Shown piece after piece: positions 23,699 to 46,066 of a DNA stretch of 64,000 nt. Every line of letters begins with the position of its first letter. Position 1 is the stretch's first letter. Under the pieces are notes generated by a model. That model did no database searches. It was not told the origin of the DNA and worked only from the letters and a program-made list of their open reading frames with translations. The DNA is from Chrysomallon squamiferum. Its lineage: Eukaryota; Animalia; Mollusca. A program made the translations under genes and the position numbers. Where the stretch lies: positions 16,430,001 to 16,494,000 of the forward strand of contig CM022676.1 in the NCBI GenBank assembly GCA_012295275.1. Direction: 5' to 3'.

Positions 23699-25806
23699 CT
23701 AAAAATATTCAAATAAAAAGACACTCTTTATTTAGATAATGAATTTCAGAAGACAAGTTCCTTTTAATTATTTTAAAACACTTTATTTTTGTAATATTGT
23801 ATTTTTCATAAGTGTTCACAATCAAGAATGTATTGTCAGTATTACCATCAAAATGATTAGAATTACAATATTAACTGCTTTTGTTGTTGTTTTTCGTTGT
23901 TTTTCGTGAAAAAGTCAAAACTGGCATTTCTTAGATGAGGACAAGTCCGATTCGATTGCCAGTGATATTTACTCATTGGACATACATGCATACATACATA
24001 CATACATACATACATACATACATACATACATACATACATACATACACACACAGATACATATACGTATGTATTTACGTATGAGTGTGTATGTATGTATATA
24101 TGGATATATGTTCGAGATATGATGTGAAATTGTTTACTGTAAAATGTGATGTTTTATATTTTTATCTTTTATCTTTTTCTTTTTAAAGAAAGGGCTAATG
24201 AATGACTTCATTATTACTGCAACCAGTCAATTTTTTTTTCACTTTATTTTATTTTTGAAATTGATGCTCATGTCCTGAACACCGCTAAATGACTTAAACC
24301 GACTGTGTAAATGTTAACATTTAGCGGTGTTCGATTGCTGAAGTCCAATTTCCAGATTTCATTGATATACTCAGAACAATCGATACCTAAAATAGATTAT
24401 TAGTGTTTTAAAATATATATATTATTATTATATAAAATAGTAGTAATAATAATAAAATAATAATAAGAAGAAGAAGAAGAAGAAGAAGAAAATAAATAAA
24501 TAAATAAATAAATAAATAAAAATAATACATTTAGAATTTTTGAGAGTTTGTCCAGAAGTCTTATTTATAAGTACCCTGTTATAAAGTTAATTGTCCATAT
24601 TCTTTATTATTCCTTTTACTCAATTTATATAAAAACAAATACGATAAACTGGCATGATTAACGATTTTTTAATTTTTTAACGCAGTAGATTTAGTCTAAT
24701 GACGCGAAAGAAAGAAAGAAGATACAACGAAAAAAAGTATTTATCACAAAGACTTTTTCACCGAAACTGGAAGTATCACAATTAATGGAACAACATGTTT
24801 GTAGAAGCGATTAAAACTGGCATTTTGTGGAATCTGACCTAGTTTCTAACTCCCTTGATTTGCTTTTTGTGAAGTTCAGCAGTGTGTGTCAGTGTGTTGT
24901 AACACTACACATCTCAAACTGTCACTGTACATTTCATTAGAACCATACAACACAGCATTTTACTACATTGAATTAACGTTGTTTTAACTTGGTCTTTTTT
25001 CGGTGGAATATATCATTGCGTTATTCATTTATTTATTGTTTATTTATTTACCAGTGACATATGCTTTCCCATGCAAAATAATCAGAATGTGTATAAATAT
25101 GAACTATTTTGTTGCTGATAACTGAAACTCAGTAGTTTTTGACATCAGTGTGGCTGTTTTACTACATTTTTACCTTTTCTCACTTAATTATATGTTTAAA
25201 GCATGAAACATGAATCATTGAGTAAATTGCTTCTTTCCTTACAAATAACAGTACACATTATTCCATTCTGTATAATGTGCTTACAGTCTTGTTTCGTAAA
25301 TGTTATTTTTCTACACAGCTGCTGTTTTTAATAAAAATCTTGCTTTAGATACTGTTTTAATTTTCGAATAAATAAATAAGTAATGAAATAATATTTATTA
25401 ATTAATAAATTGAAGAAATTTCGTTAACTGACATTATTCGTCTTAATACTTGTAATTGTATTGTCGGCGTTTTAATCAAAAAGTAAAAGAAACGAAGAAA
25501 TGTCAAACCATTTTGTGTAATTAGAATAAAAATTTAAGATATTTGTTTTATATTTACCACGTTTGGAAATGTTGAGATAAAAACTTGTTTACATAGTACA
25601 GTTCGTTCACCTGTGATAGACAACACACACAGTTTAAAAAATATACACTGATAAATCTTTATCTACGTTTTAACACAAAACCACCTCTAATCAGCACCCA
25701 GACTGAACAGAGGTGTTACGTTTTCAGTACATTCATCTTATTATCGGTAATATCAACCATATATTTGTTTTAATTTATCAACTGAAAAATAAAAATAAAA
25801 GCTTAC

Positions 25807-25861
25807 CTAGAGAGTAACTAACAATGAAGAAAGAAACAAGTAAGTATCTCGACAGCGCCAT
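25807..25861 (-). CDS. Signal-peptide exon, proximal copy, gene B
   Basis: MALSRYLLVSFFIVSYSL, then G and a gtaagc donor. 55 bp. Confidence 0.8.
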
Positions 25862-26048
25862 TGTGAATGTTGTGATTAAATTCATTTCCTCCGGGTACAC
25901 GAGGTGTACGTTATTTAGGTCAACTTACAGAGTCGGTTAAAGTATGAAAATGTCAAACTTTTCAAGACGCACGAAAATAAATAAATAAAATAATAATACT
26001 AAAAACCAATATAATAATAGACAAACAAAATTAATTAATTAATTAATA

Positions 26049-26103
<55 letters not shown>

Positions 26104-26291
26104 GCCAGCTCTAACTAGGACAAAGACTGAATAAACATCTTATGTTTTAAGTACATGGTTTTTATCGGTAATATCTAACATGTTTGCCAATGTATCAATA
26201 AATAAATAAATCAATAAATAAAAATTACCTGCGATGTAATATCTAACGTGTTTTGTATCAATAAATAAATAAATCAATAAATAAAACTTAC

Positions 26292-26346
26292 CTGTACTAC
26301 ATGTAACAATCATGACAGAAAGAAGTAAATATCTCAACAGCGCCAT
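26292..26346 (-). CDS. Signal-peptide exon, distal copy, gene B
   Basis: MALLRYLLLSVMIVTCST, then G and a gtaagt donor. 55 bp. Confidence 0.85.
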
Positions 26347-27250
26347 TGTGAATGTTGTGACTAAACTTGTTTATTGTAGATACACGAGTGTCGTCTATCT
26401 AGGTTAGGTTATTGTGTCACGTTTCTATAGCGCTGTCATTCTATTAAAGTGTCTATATTTATTTCACATGATTTTTTTGTAGTTATTTATCAGTAATCAT
26501 ATCATGAAAATGTCGCTGTTTAGAAAACATTTGTATTTTAAAAACGAGAGGAGATATTTTATACCAGTCGCCTAACTCAGCAAAGCGTGTACGAAACTTA
26601 CTATATTACTGAGTGTAAAAAAACAATTTACAGCTGTTTACTTCTTTACGTTTTTATGTCACTCACTTGAGAATCGGTCAGTAACTGTGTATTTCGCATA
26701 CAATTTTACATAATTTTCTAACAAAGTATTAATCTACACTAAATGTTACAAGTTAATTGTAAATATATAAACTCATGCATTAAATAAACTGATATGAAAT
26801 AGACAGTGAATATAGATATAAGAGAATTACAAAGCTTATCTTCTTGATTGTAGGTTTTGTTTTATTCCTTTTTATATCAAAAACCCACTTTCCAAACTGA
26901 AGCGGAATCATTTGTCGTTTAGCACACTATGTGAAGTAAAGTGAAATAGTAAATTAGTTCAATGAAATTAAAACAAGACAGCTTACAATGAACATTTTTT
27001 TTTTTATTACAGTAAATATCAAATTGAAATATCTCACTGTCACACATCTTGTGTGAAAATATCGGTTCCGTTACTATTTTCAGTAAGTAAGTTAGAAATA
27101 GAAATTACACAAGTTCAAGAGTTGAGGATGACATTATATGTTGCCTTGTAGACCAAATTTCAGCATCATTTCCGTGCAGGCAGAGAAACAAAACAAAATG
27201 TTATTTAAAATCATTACACTGTCACTTTATTACAACTCTCTAACATTACT
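26347..27250 (-). promoter_or_regulatory. Conserved 5'UTR/promoter block shared with gene D (47041-47752)
   Basis: Collinear non-coding similarity (gaatcggtcagtaa, ccaaactgaagcggaatcatttg, gaggatgacattatatgttgcctt). The first ~60-90 nt recur upstream of all five MAL leader exons. Confidence 0.6.
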
Positions 27251-27385
27251 ACACCATTTCAGAAAATATTTGGAAAGAAATAAAAGAACATGACTGAATG
27301 TATCAATCTTATAAATATTCTCTCTCAAATAGTTCCAGCGATGTACGGATAGTTTCATCCTTGAAATGTGTTGATGTTGAATCAA

Positions 27386-36406
<9,021 letters not shown>

Positions 36407-36838
36407 TTTGTATAATGTGACTGAACTTGTTTCTTCCGGGTACACGAGTTGTACTTTATTTAGGTTAAGTTATTGTGTCACTTTATTTCTAAAGCGCTAT
36501 CGCTATAGTGTAGCGTTTATTTCTAAGTTGTATAAAGTTTATCAGTCGGACTTGAATTAATCATTATAAAATAAAAAAACATGCTATTGACAATAAGGGA
36601 AAGAGGAACTACAGTGAACAACTCGTCTATAACAAATAAAAAAATAATAAACAAATAAACAAATAATAACAATAATAAAAATACTAATAATAATATTGGT
36701 GCCAGTGTTTAAAGTGCTAATTGTCTAGGAACATAAAACAGTGTGACAAGGACTGGTCAGTTATAAATTGTCAGATGTGTGTATTAACAGAAAAATAATA
36801 CATCAGGAGGAGTGCAGTTTATGTATGTATATTTAACT

Positions 36839-36881
<43 letters not shown>

Positions 36882-36886
<5 letters not shown>

Positions 36887-37072
36887 TATACAACATAACT
36901 TACGGTACCTAGTGACGGTATCACTGCGTGTCAAAGCAAGGCCACAGTGTCAAAGTCGGTCCCTTGACCTCCAAGTTCATCAAACTTGTCAACCGCCCGC
37001 TTGTCGCTTCCCGAACCAGACTTGAACTCGCCTCGTCTCAGCCGTGAAGCCTGTGTATTAGATAACTGCGGA
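36882..37072 (-). mobile_element. tRNA-derived SINE-like element
   Basis: The minus-strand head cgcagttatctaatacac...gcgagttcaagtc has pol III A-box-like and B-box (GTTCRAnnC) spacing, a GC-rich body and a (TA)n tail. Confidence 0.55.
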
Positions 37073-37533
37073 CGTCGGTGAAATCCGCGGAATTAAAGAC
37101 AGAAGTAGCTACTCGGGTAGACACATTTCAAAGCTGTGTTAGTTTGTCACACAAAACGTGTCTTATTTTGGCCGCTAATTAACGTAACTGAAACATTTAA
37201 AAATTTCCTTTAGAAGTTCCTCATCGCATATTTTGCTGTACACGTTACGGACAACGAGACAGCTTTAATTATTTGCATATATCGGCAGCTAAGTTTATTT
37301 ACTGATTATAATTATGAAAACATATTTATTTAATATTTGTCTTTGTTTTATCTTTTCTGTATTTAACATAGAGACTGGATAATTTGACCATTGCATATAT
37401 AAAAAAATCAGCACGATAGCAAAAATCTTTAGTAAGTTAGCGCAAAAGCAATTTACCTAATGAAACTCTTTTGTAGAAAAGCGGGTTTTACGTTAAACAA
37501 TGACTACATTATCTATCTTCGACAAAAATAAAA

Positions 37534-37588
<55 letters not shown>

Positions 37589-38166
37589 TAATAATAATAA
37601 TGATAATAATATTAATGATAATAATAATAATAATGAGGAGGAGGACGATAATGATTTTAATTTTAGATTTATTTAAAATGATGAGAACTGACGAATCAGA
37701 ATTTTCCGGAAAATTATCCAAACATATCGAAACTTGTTTGACTATGGTTTCTTATATACTGTTGCTAGAAGTATTTTGTAAAATTTCATATAAATTTTAA
37801 ATAATAGCAAGTAGAACTATTGTAGTTTGTAGACGAAATTGAAGTTAGACTTGCGGTGGATATCTGTGATAATTTGATATGAAAACAAACACAACAAAGT
37901 TGCATTATTAAATCATTTTATTCTAGACTAAGTACTAAAGAATACTCTTTTTTTTTTTTTTTTACTCTGTGGATCCAGTCTAATTATGAGGCCTCATTAG
38001 CTCACAATAATTTTCAACAACAACATATTAAAAACTAAATCTAGAAGAAAATAAATTAATAAAAAAGAAAGAGAAAATGATCAATATACAAGAGGCTAAC
38101 ATTCTTTCTGACATATACAATTATTCTGGCTTCGCCTAGTGATAATTATTAAATTAATTAAGCACC

Positions 38167-38343
38167 TGTTTAATGAAGGGAAGTACATACTATAGAATCA
38201 TTCTTTCATGACTGTTTCGGAACAAAAACCTAGTAAATATGTTAAGAGCGGCGTTGTGTGTACTGTATATATATATATATTTGTTTTTTCCGCAACAGTC
38301 ATGAAACAATGATTCTATAGTATGTACTTCCCTTCATTAAACA
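38167..38343. mobile_element. MITE or fold-back element with ~55-bp inverted repeats
   Basis: tgtttaatgaagggaagtacatactatagaatcatt...catgactgtt at 38167 and its reverse complement ending at 38343. Confidence 0.75.
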
Positions 38344-38362
38344 TTTAGCCTCTTCTTTAGTT

Positions 38363-38439
<77 letters not shown>

Positions 38440-38846
38440 GGTACAAAGAGAAAACCAAAATAAAAACCTTTTGTGTTTTGTTATAATTATAGAATATGCT
38501 TCTAGATCAGGCAAATCGTAATCTCAAGTTAATTGAAAACGTTGTAATATATGAGACAAGAGTTGCATCACTTTAAGTTTATCGTCTTGATAACAGATCA
38601 TTAAATACAAGTTACAACAAATCAAAGTACTGAATTAGATACTGTTCTGGTTTTGTATCGTTCTCAGCTCATGAAAACTCCATTGATTATTCACAAATAT
38701 TTCGAAAATATTCCACACTACCAATCTAGACGGCATCCAACAGAAACAAGTGAGTGTCCTATTAGGGCCGTTGTATATACTGTGACTAAAAATTGTTTTT
38801 TTTTTTTTTTTTTTACCAGAATACATCTTATCACGTTATTACTCTA

Positions 38847-38904
<58 letters not shown>

Positions 38905-38913
38905 ATATATGTG

Positions 38914-39124
38914 TACACATCTGACGTCAGTGGATTAAGTAAAGGAAACTGGCTATATTAACTTATTTTTAAAAATTTCGTCTTGTATTATAATTTTTTT
39001 AAAAGAGTAGGCAAGGCTACAACATACAGAAAACCATATTGGATAGTTTTCTTTTTCTTTTTTAAAATGTATTTTCTCCACTTCATTTGTTTTTACCAAA
39101 CTAAAGTTTAACTCATACGCATTA
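38914..39124 (-). repeat. ~210-bp repeat, inverted copy of 51542-51763
   Basis: The reverse complement aligns over the whole length, e.g. aatatggttttctgtatgttgtagccttgcctactc and tagccagtttcctttacttaatccactgacg. Confidence 0.9.
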
Positions 39125-39239
39125 ATAAATAAATAAATAAATAAAAGGGACAAAAACGATTTGGCATAAAAAATAAACTGAAACAACTACAGATACTGGA
39201 AGCCCTGATTTCTAACACGTTTCAAAAATATGCTTACGC

Positions 39240-39271
<32 letters not shown>

Positions 39272-39372
39272 TACTATTGGTATACAAATCTCCTGATAAC
39301 GAATAGGGAATAGTTATTATCAACTGTCATCGTAGTTGGATACATTTTAATATGATAAATAAATGTTATTAC

Positions 39373-39471
39373 CTGAACTCGGTGTGTTATCAGACACCTT
39401 CTGCTTTTCATACGCAGGTGCATCATGTGGTTGTAGACACTCGTACTGAGTAGTAGGTATTTGAGAATGTT
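39373..39471 (-). CDS. Gene D cytoplasmic exon with half-broken ITAM (YECL-x7-YEKQ)
   Basis: EHSQIPTTQYECLQPHDAPAYEKQKVSDNTPSS. Confidence 0.78.
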
Positions 39472-40639
39472 CTATAAATGTATTAATATTTTCATATTAC
39501 ACATTTTCTTTGTACACATTGTGATAAAGTATTTTTCCGTTATATTTTCCAGGAAGTATTTATTATAGAAATTGTTTCCGGTATTTGGAAACAAATAGTA
39601 AGCGCTTATTTTTAATTCATTTAATTTACTGCAGTTTCTTAGAATTTACAACTCTATTGTATATAAAACAAACCTGATAATGTTCTTTCAGTGTTTGTTA
39701 AAATTACTTATTAATTGTTCAAGCTCTTCACGAAGTGAATAAAATATGTGACTGTATGTAGCTGTCTGCTCTTTGTGTGTATGGGTTTATGCATAAGATT
39801 CGTTAATGTGTATGAAAAAATGACATCTGATTTTGAATTTCCGCAATCATCTTGATTTGTGTTTCAAGATCTACTTTAGTTTGAATCGTTTTATGCATTA
39901 AAAAGACAGCTCCTTTGAAAATAAAAGTGTTGTAATAAATACAGGACCTAAAATGATATTCAAAAGACTGGATTTCTTATTTTACCTGAACAAACAGCAG
40001 TTTCCTGGACTGAACCCATTGATACGTCTTGATATCTGTAAAACATAATAAGAAAATTATACTGGTATCTCATTCAAGTATATTTGGTTTTAGCAGCATT
40101 TCATTAACGAGACAATCACACCTTTTGCCGATGCATTTATGTTAATGCAGTAATGTATATATTTTATTGGAGGTTAATATATTTTCAATCCTGATACAAT
40201 TTTACAGCAAAATTTACTTTAAACATAAATAATGATAATATTGTTATGCACTTTAGACACTGAATATTTCTTATCACAGTAGTAATCAGAAATATTTCAA
40301 CACAGTACTCACGTATTTGTTTCACTTTCAGTTTTGCCCTCTGAACCTGTAACATATATGTACAGTTGTATTTTACAAGCTAAATAAGTACTCTTACATT
40401 GAAATAATTGGATTTGATTTTCTTTTTAAACAACCAATGAAAAAAGAAAGAAAGAGTTATGAAAATAAATGAATGGACACACACACATGCACACACACGC
40501 ACATTTAGTAAAAGAGAAAAAATATTAAAAATAAAATGTAAGAAAGAAAGATAATTAAAAATAAATAATTAAAAACTACAATAAAATTAAATACGACAAC
40601 AAAACAATAACTACTGATTTTTTTTTAAATTAAACTGAC

Positions 40640-40802
40640 TACGGATGGTGTAACCTCTTCTCCTCAAGATGAACAGAATAATTATTTCAGTCAAGCACAG
40701 CAAAAGTATTCCTACTGCCAGACCAATTCCAATTCCAGTTCCAAGTGTAATTTTGTGTATTTTTTTTCTTTTTCTTTTTTTTTAAAATTATAATTCTTTG
40801 TT
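40640..40802 (-). CDS. Gene D transmembrane exon (5' boundary uncertain, poly-A tract)
   Basis: ITLGTGIGIGLAVGILLLCLTEIIILFILRRRGYTIR, paralogous to 29464-29592. Confidence 0.65.
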
Positions 40803-40982
40803 CTAAAGATCTTTCATTAAATAACGTAAATAGCTTGGACAAGGTCAGATTCACCAGAACCTGTATACAAGTACGGTAAAAACAAAACAAAAACACACAG
40901 AGAAGAAATAAATAAATATATATATATCTTGCTGAAATTGTAAATGAAGAATCGAAAACTATATAAATATTATTTTACTTAC

Positions 40983-41373
40983 TAAAAGTGGTACAAACAG
41001 TCAAACAGTAACGGCTGTCATCTTTATTTGCAGAAGAGTAAATTTTAAAGTGGTAGGAAGAATTGGACTTGAGATGAGAAATGTGTAAAGAAAAAGTCTT
41101 GTCGTGTGTCTTAGTGTCTGACACTTGCAGACTGATAGACTGGTCTTCAGTAGACAAGCCTTGTTCAACAGTGAATCTACTGAACTTGTTTGTGTTGTAC
41201 TTCCACTTGATATCTACTGAAGTTTCTGAAACATTCGTGCAGTAACACCATTCAGGAGCTGATTCGAGAACTAAAACGTGAACAAGAATTTAAGTTTCAA
41301 CTACAATATAGTAAATATTATAACGTGAGGAATGATGTATGTGTGTGCGTCTGATTGTGTGTGTGCGACTTTT

Positions 41374-41427
<54 letters not shown>

Positions 41428-41829
41428 AGAGACACACCCACACCCACATTTTAATAAAGTCTGCATTTACAAATTGACACTGGCTAATTCTGACAGGTAT
41501 GGAAACAATAACAAAGTCAGTTGAGTTTGCTAACAAAGGTGACATGAAAAAAGTGTAAATAAAGTTACCTGTAACAATGACACTGGCAGATCCTGACAAT
41601 GAAGTGTTAAAAGAAGTTTTTGAAGTTGCTGAACACGTGTACTCTCCTTGGTGTGACTGTTGAAATGAGCAGATTTGAAACAGAGAACTGTCAGTGAGGT
41701 GTTTTGTACCAATTCGCCATTCAAATACAACACTGTCTGGAATACTGTCAGCTGTACAGCGTAGTATCACAAGTTTTCCAAGTTCAACTCTGATGTGACT
41801 CTCTGATAAAATTCTTACTCTGGGTGTAT
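40983..41829 (-). CDS. Gene D Ig exon (41569-41829) and FN3 exon (40983-41270), near-identical to gene C
   Basis: RVRILSESHIRVELGKLVILRCTADS...; LESAPEWCYCTNVSETSVDIKW... Confidence 0.85.
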
Positions 41830-42157
41830 CTGCACAGATTGAAGGGAAAAGAAGTATGAACAAAAATTTGAATACGTGAAAATAGAAATTACAGATTGCA
41901 ATGTAAAAGTCATGAATTATTTCACAGAAAACTATAAATGTGAAGTTAATAAATATTGAGAAGATTTGTACAATGATGAAAAGCAAATGAATTAGTATCT
42001 GTGTATTGCTGTTTAGTATTTGTAGGGATGAGATCAGCAAACCAAAAGCAAATATCAGTTATTACTTGAGACATCTTTAAAAATAATTTCAACATTATTT
42101 ATTTAATTAATTAATTAGTTAACATAAAAGGCATAAAGTAAAAAAGTATAAACATAC

Positions 42158-42445
42158 AGTATACATTAATCTGGAGATAATTCGATTCAGGTCTGTATTG
42201 TCCGTTTCTGTCTGTGAATTCATTCTCAGCTGAACATTCGTACCAGACTCCATTGTCTTCCTTTGTAGGTATCAGTGACAAGTTAAATCCTGTCTGTTGA
42301 ATGTCAAATCCATTTCTAATCCAGTAAAACTCAGCTGCTGGATTTCCTTTACCGCTGTCAGGTAAAGAACAAATCAAAGAGCCTCCTTCGTTTTCTAGCC
42401 ATGGCTGTTTAGGATCTGATGAAAGAGTTGGTCTGCTTGGAGGAT
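42158..42445 (-). CDS. Gene D Ig exon (intact)
   Basis: PWLENEGGSLICSLPDSGKGNPAAEFYWIRNG...EDNGVWYECSAENEF. Confidence 0.88.
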
Positions 42446-43354
42446 CTATACAAAATCTTCTGATTTTAACTGATTAATTATTTTTATTTTATTTTATTTT
42501 ATTTTAACAAAAAAAAAAAAAAAAAAAAAACTATTCTTATTATTTTTCTTGGAGACCTGTGTTGAATGATAAACACCAAAACTGAGTATTAGATTTTTTT
42601 TTTTTTTTTGTATTTCAAATATTCTTGTTTTAATTGTTGTAATTTAAATCAGCACCATATGTTCATACATACATACATAAATAAATACATACATACATAG
42701 ATTACTGGAGCTGTAATTTTTTAAAATTACTATTACTATTTTCTTTATGTAGTTTGTGGAATGCCAGAAACAAGAATATGTGTCTTACTAATAAAATATA
42801 TAATAACTTCTATTTTGAAAGATTTTGTTTACTTATTTATTGATTTATTTATTGATTTACTAATTTATTGATTTTAACCTATCAATATTTTGAAAGTTAT
42901 GTTGAGGACCAAGTGGAAAGAGTAAGGCTTCAATGATTTGTAAATAAAAAAAATAAAAAATAAAAAATAAAGAAAAATTACAAATTCTAACCATTTTGAT
43001 AAAGAAATCCAAAATGTAACTCCTGAGGAGGTACAATTAATATTTGGTTATTTCAAAACAAGAAAAAAGTGGGAATAGTTGGAATCAGTCATGTGTATCT
43101 AATCATCTTATGTTATATTATTTTTTTTTTTAGAATTCATGATAGATTCGAAATGGCTCCCTTGTCTTGAAAACATAAATAAAACTTAACGTAAAGAATG
43201 ATTTATTTTAACAAACAGATATTTCATGTTGTAATAGGAGAATTGTATTTACTTGCATCTGTTAATCTGGATATCTCTTAAGTGCAAAAGCTGGACCCAC
43301 GCAGTAAAGTATATTGCTATATGTATTAATTATAAACAATCTAAAATTGCTCAC

Positions 43355-44071
43355 AGTAAATAGTCAAGTTTCTGCTTTTTCTGTCGTTGTATTCACCATA
43401 CTTCCAACTAGAAACACACTCTCACACTTTGTTATTCTGAGTCCTATTAGCTATGAAAGATATTGTACATGTTCTGGTTTCTCCTCTGTCAGAGCAGTGT
43501 ACACGATTATAACAAGTCCAGTTTAGATTTAGTTTTGGGTTTCCACCACTTGTAGAACAGCTCAGTGTGACATTCTCACCCTCAAACACAAGAAACGTTG
43601 TTCTTGAAACAACTGGAGGTGAACTTGGTGGATCTAAAATCAGAAATACTTATGCTATTTTGTATTATTAATTTTATTATTTGATTTTATTTATTTTGTT
43701 AAATAACATTTTCAAAATTAAATATATATTATCTCCAAGTCCAATTTTTTATAAACTAGCATTTCACATCCTTAAACTTTTCTCCTGTAGACTCAGTCTG
43801 TGTATGTGTGTTTCTCACAGTACACTGGATTGTCTTCCCTTTCTGTACTCTACTGGGTGTCAGAGTTAATGTTTGAAGCCAAGTATTTCCAGATAAACCG
43901 TGTTTATCTCCCCTTGTTCCATTAATACGTGTTCCATCTTTAAACTTCCAGATGAAATCCACATCTGGTTTAGCAGGTGTCAGGGTTCTACAGGCAAGGT
44001 CAAAGATTGTCCTTCAACTGCAGTTTGTTAATTTGTAAAACTGATGCTGACATCATTCTGTGATGGACCAT
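43355..44071 (-). pseudogene. Gene D two disabled Ig exons
   Basis: 43761-44071 has a TAA and a frameshift. 43355-43633 reads EGENVTLSCSTSGGNPKLNLNWTC...NNKV*EC. Confidence 0.82.
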
Positions 44072-44325
44072 CTGTAAAATTTAATGAAATAGTGAAATAT
44101 TTAGAATTGTAACTGATATCTCTGAACACTGAATCAAGAAAAAACCCAGTAAAGAAACGTACTTAAAGAAGAGTGGAATAATAATACATTTAAAACTGTA
44201 TTAAATATGTATTAACATTTAAATTGTATATATTTTTTTTTTTTTTAGAAACAAAAGTATTAAGATAATTTAGAAACTATTTAGTTACTTAAACACTTTT
44301 AAATTTCTAATGTTAAATATCTTAC

Positions 44326-44640
44326 ACGACACATCAAGTATTCCAGTGTTGGATGTTACAAGAGTTTGTCCAGGAATCCCTGCGTTGCAGTAAACACTGT
44401 GTCCATCATCTGACTCAGTCAGTGTGAGTGACACAGAACACTTTCTTACAGTCAGGTCACCTGATGTGATATTTTTGTTGGTGATTCCTGTGTTTATCTG
44501 TTGATTATTCTTGTACCAGTAAACAGACGAGACTGGGTTGCTAGGTGACGTGAGACATGTCAAAGTGACATAACCTTCACTGACTTGTATTTTATCATTC
44601 TGTGAACTGATGTTTAATAGTGTCACCTCTTTTACCTGTA
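44326..44640 (-). CDS. Gene D Ig exon (intact, C2-like)
   Basis: VSEGYVTLTCLTSPSNPVSSVYWYKN...ESDDGHSVYCNA. Confidence 0.9.
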
Positions 44641-44942
44641 CTGTAATAAGCATAGAAACAAACAAACAAACAAACAAACAAACAAATACATAACTAAATA
44701 AGTAAATAAATAAATCAATTACTGTATCATACTTAACGTGGATTAAAATATTATTTATTTATTTGTTTATTTATATTCATTAGAAAACCAAAATAAATAT
44801 TTCAAATATTGAGTAACTTCATAAACGTAGATCAGTAATTGATTACATCTTAGTGAGCATATATAAACATTGGAGAAAGCTATCTATATTTACTTCAAAT
44901 AATAAAAACACATAATAGTTTGGATATTTAACATTTACTTAC

Positions 44943-45696
44943 TTGGAAAGTTAATGGTACAAATAAACTTGTCATAAACGTCATCATTAAAAGAGGGATG
45001 AATCATGTGTATTGTTACATTAACTTTTCCTTGTACAGTTAAATAATTCACAGTCAGCCTGGCAGCTGTTTTAACTTGTGGGCTTGTACAACCATCACTG
45101 TCTGGTGTAGTAACTGATGTCAAGTTCTTAAATTATAAATAATATAATTTATAATAAATACATTTAAACAAGAATTATGTTTGTCTTTTTGTTTTTTTAA
45201 TTTGATAATTACACATTATTCTGTAATATATAAATTGATATCATCAGTTAAAGTAAACACTTTCTGATATCATTTCTTATATATAAGATTTCAATTTAAA
45301 TGCAATGTTATAACATATAATTATTGGTAAAATATAATAGTTATTAATGAAACTTATAAATTAAATTTAATGATAATCTTTCGTATATTTCAAACTATTT
45401 ATAATAAAAGAATTCTTCATACCAAATATTTTTCTTTTTTTGTATCAAATCGTAATTTTTATAAATATTTCAGTTTTGGCATTAAATATCGAATATTGCC
45501 TTGATATCGGTTTGTTTGTTTGCTATTCATGGACACAAACTTACCACGTAAGTTTCGTGCACAAAATACCAGGAAATGTTAACAGTTGCATAAACACAGC
45601 CAGTCAGTATGCTGGCTGTAAAATCTGTCTGAGAATCAATGTCTGCCACATTTGGACACGCATCAGTAAAATTAACCATAGATCTATCAACGATAG
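44943..45696 (-). CDS. Gene D second domain split over two exons (45545-45696, 44943-45126), C1-like Ig
   Basis: ...FTASILTGCVYATVNISWYF, then a phase-0 intron, then NLTSVTTPDSDGCTSPQVKTAARLTV...VNVTIHMIHPSF. Both exons have gtaagt donors. Confidence 0.7.
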
Positions 45697-46066
45697 CTTT
45701 ATCAAAAGAAAATAGTAAAATACCATAAGTGAATGCAGTAAGTGTTTGAAATAGGTATATTTTAAAGATAAAGATAAGGAGTATTCTGTATTTAATTATA
45801 GATAGAAGTCAAGATGTTCCTGAATACTTAAGGTGGCATATTTGAATTATGCAAATTAGAAAATGATATAGTTGGAAACATTTTCATATTTTTTGTTATT
45901 AATCTTATTTGCAAATATCTGCACGTCTATTTCAAATAGCACACAGATACATAAACACATCACACGCACGTTTTTGAAACTTTTTATTATTATTTTAGGT
46001 AATTACTTGTGTCCATAGACACATTAATATAATGTTTTAGTTTCTGCCAATATGTGTATAACTTAC

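Larger units (their letters stand above)
12905..26346 (-). pseudogene. Gene B: disabled leader, V-like, Ig(x7), FN3, (TM), Tyr-tail receptor pseudogene
   Basis: Exons: leaders 26292-26346 and 25807-25861; 23381-23698 (TGA 23664); 20552-20818 (TAG, TGA); 19810-20130 (TGA 20009); 19110-19406 (TAA 19237); 18687-~18960 (TAA 18811, acceptor eroded); 17500-17764 (frameshift); ~16917-17145 (TAA, donor lost); 13888-14504 (Ig+FN3, stops); tail ~12905-13015. Confidence 0.88.

Noticed and set aside
36990-37072. Functional tRNA gene
   Set aside because: A B-box is present, but no convincing cloverleaf was found. It is treated as a SINE head.
42540-43190. Possible L1/Tx1-type 3' relic (LWNARNK)
   Set aside because: Only one short motif was recognisable, which is too degenerate to call.
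43422-43424. In-frame TGA at a Cys position as selenocysteine (also TGA at 23664 and 20009)
   Set aside because: Neighbouring exons carry TAA or TAG stops and frameshifts, and no SECIS was recognised. Ordinary nonsense mutation is more parsimonious.
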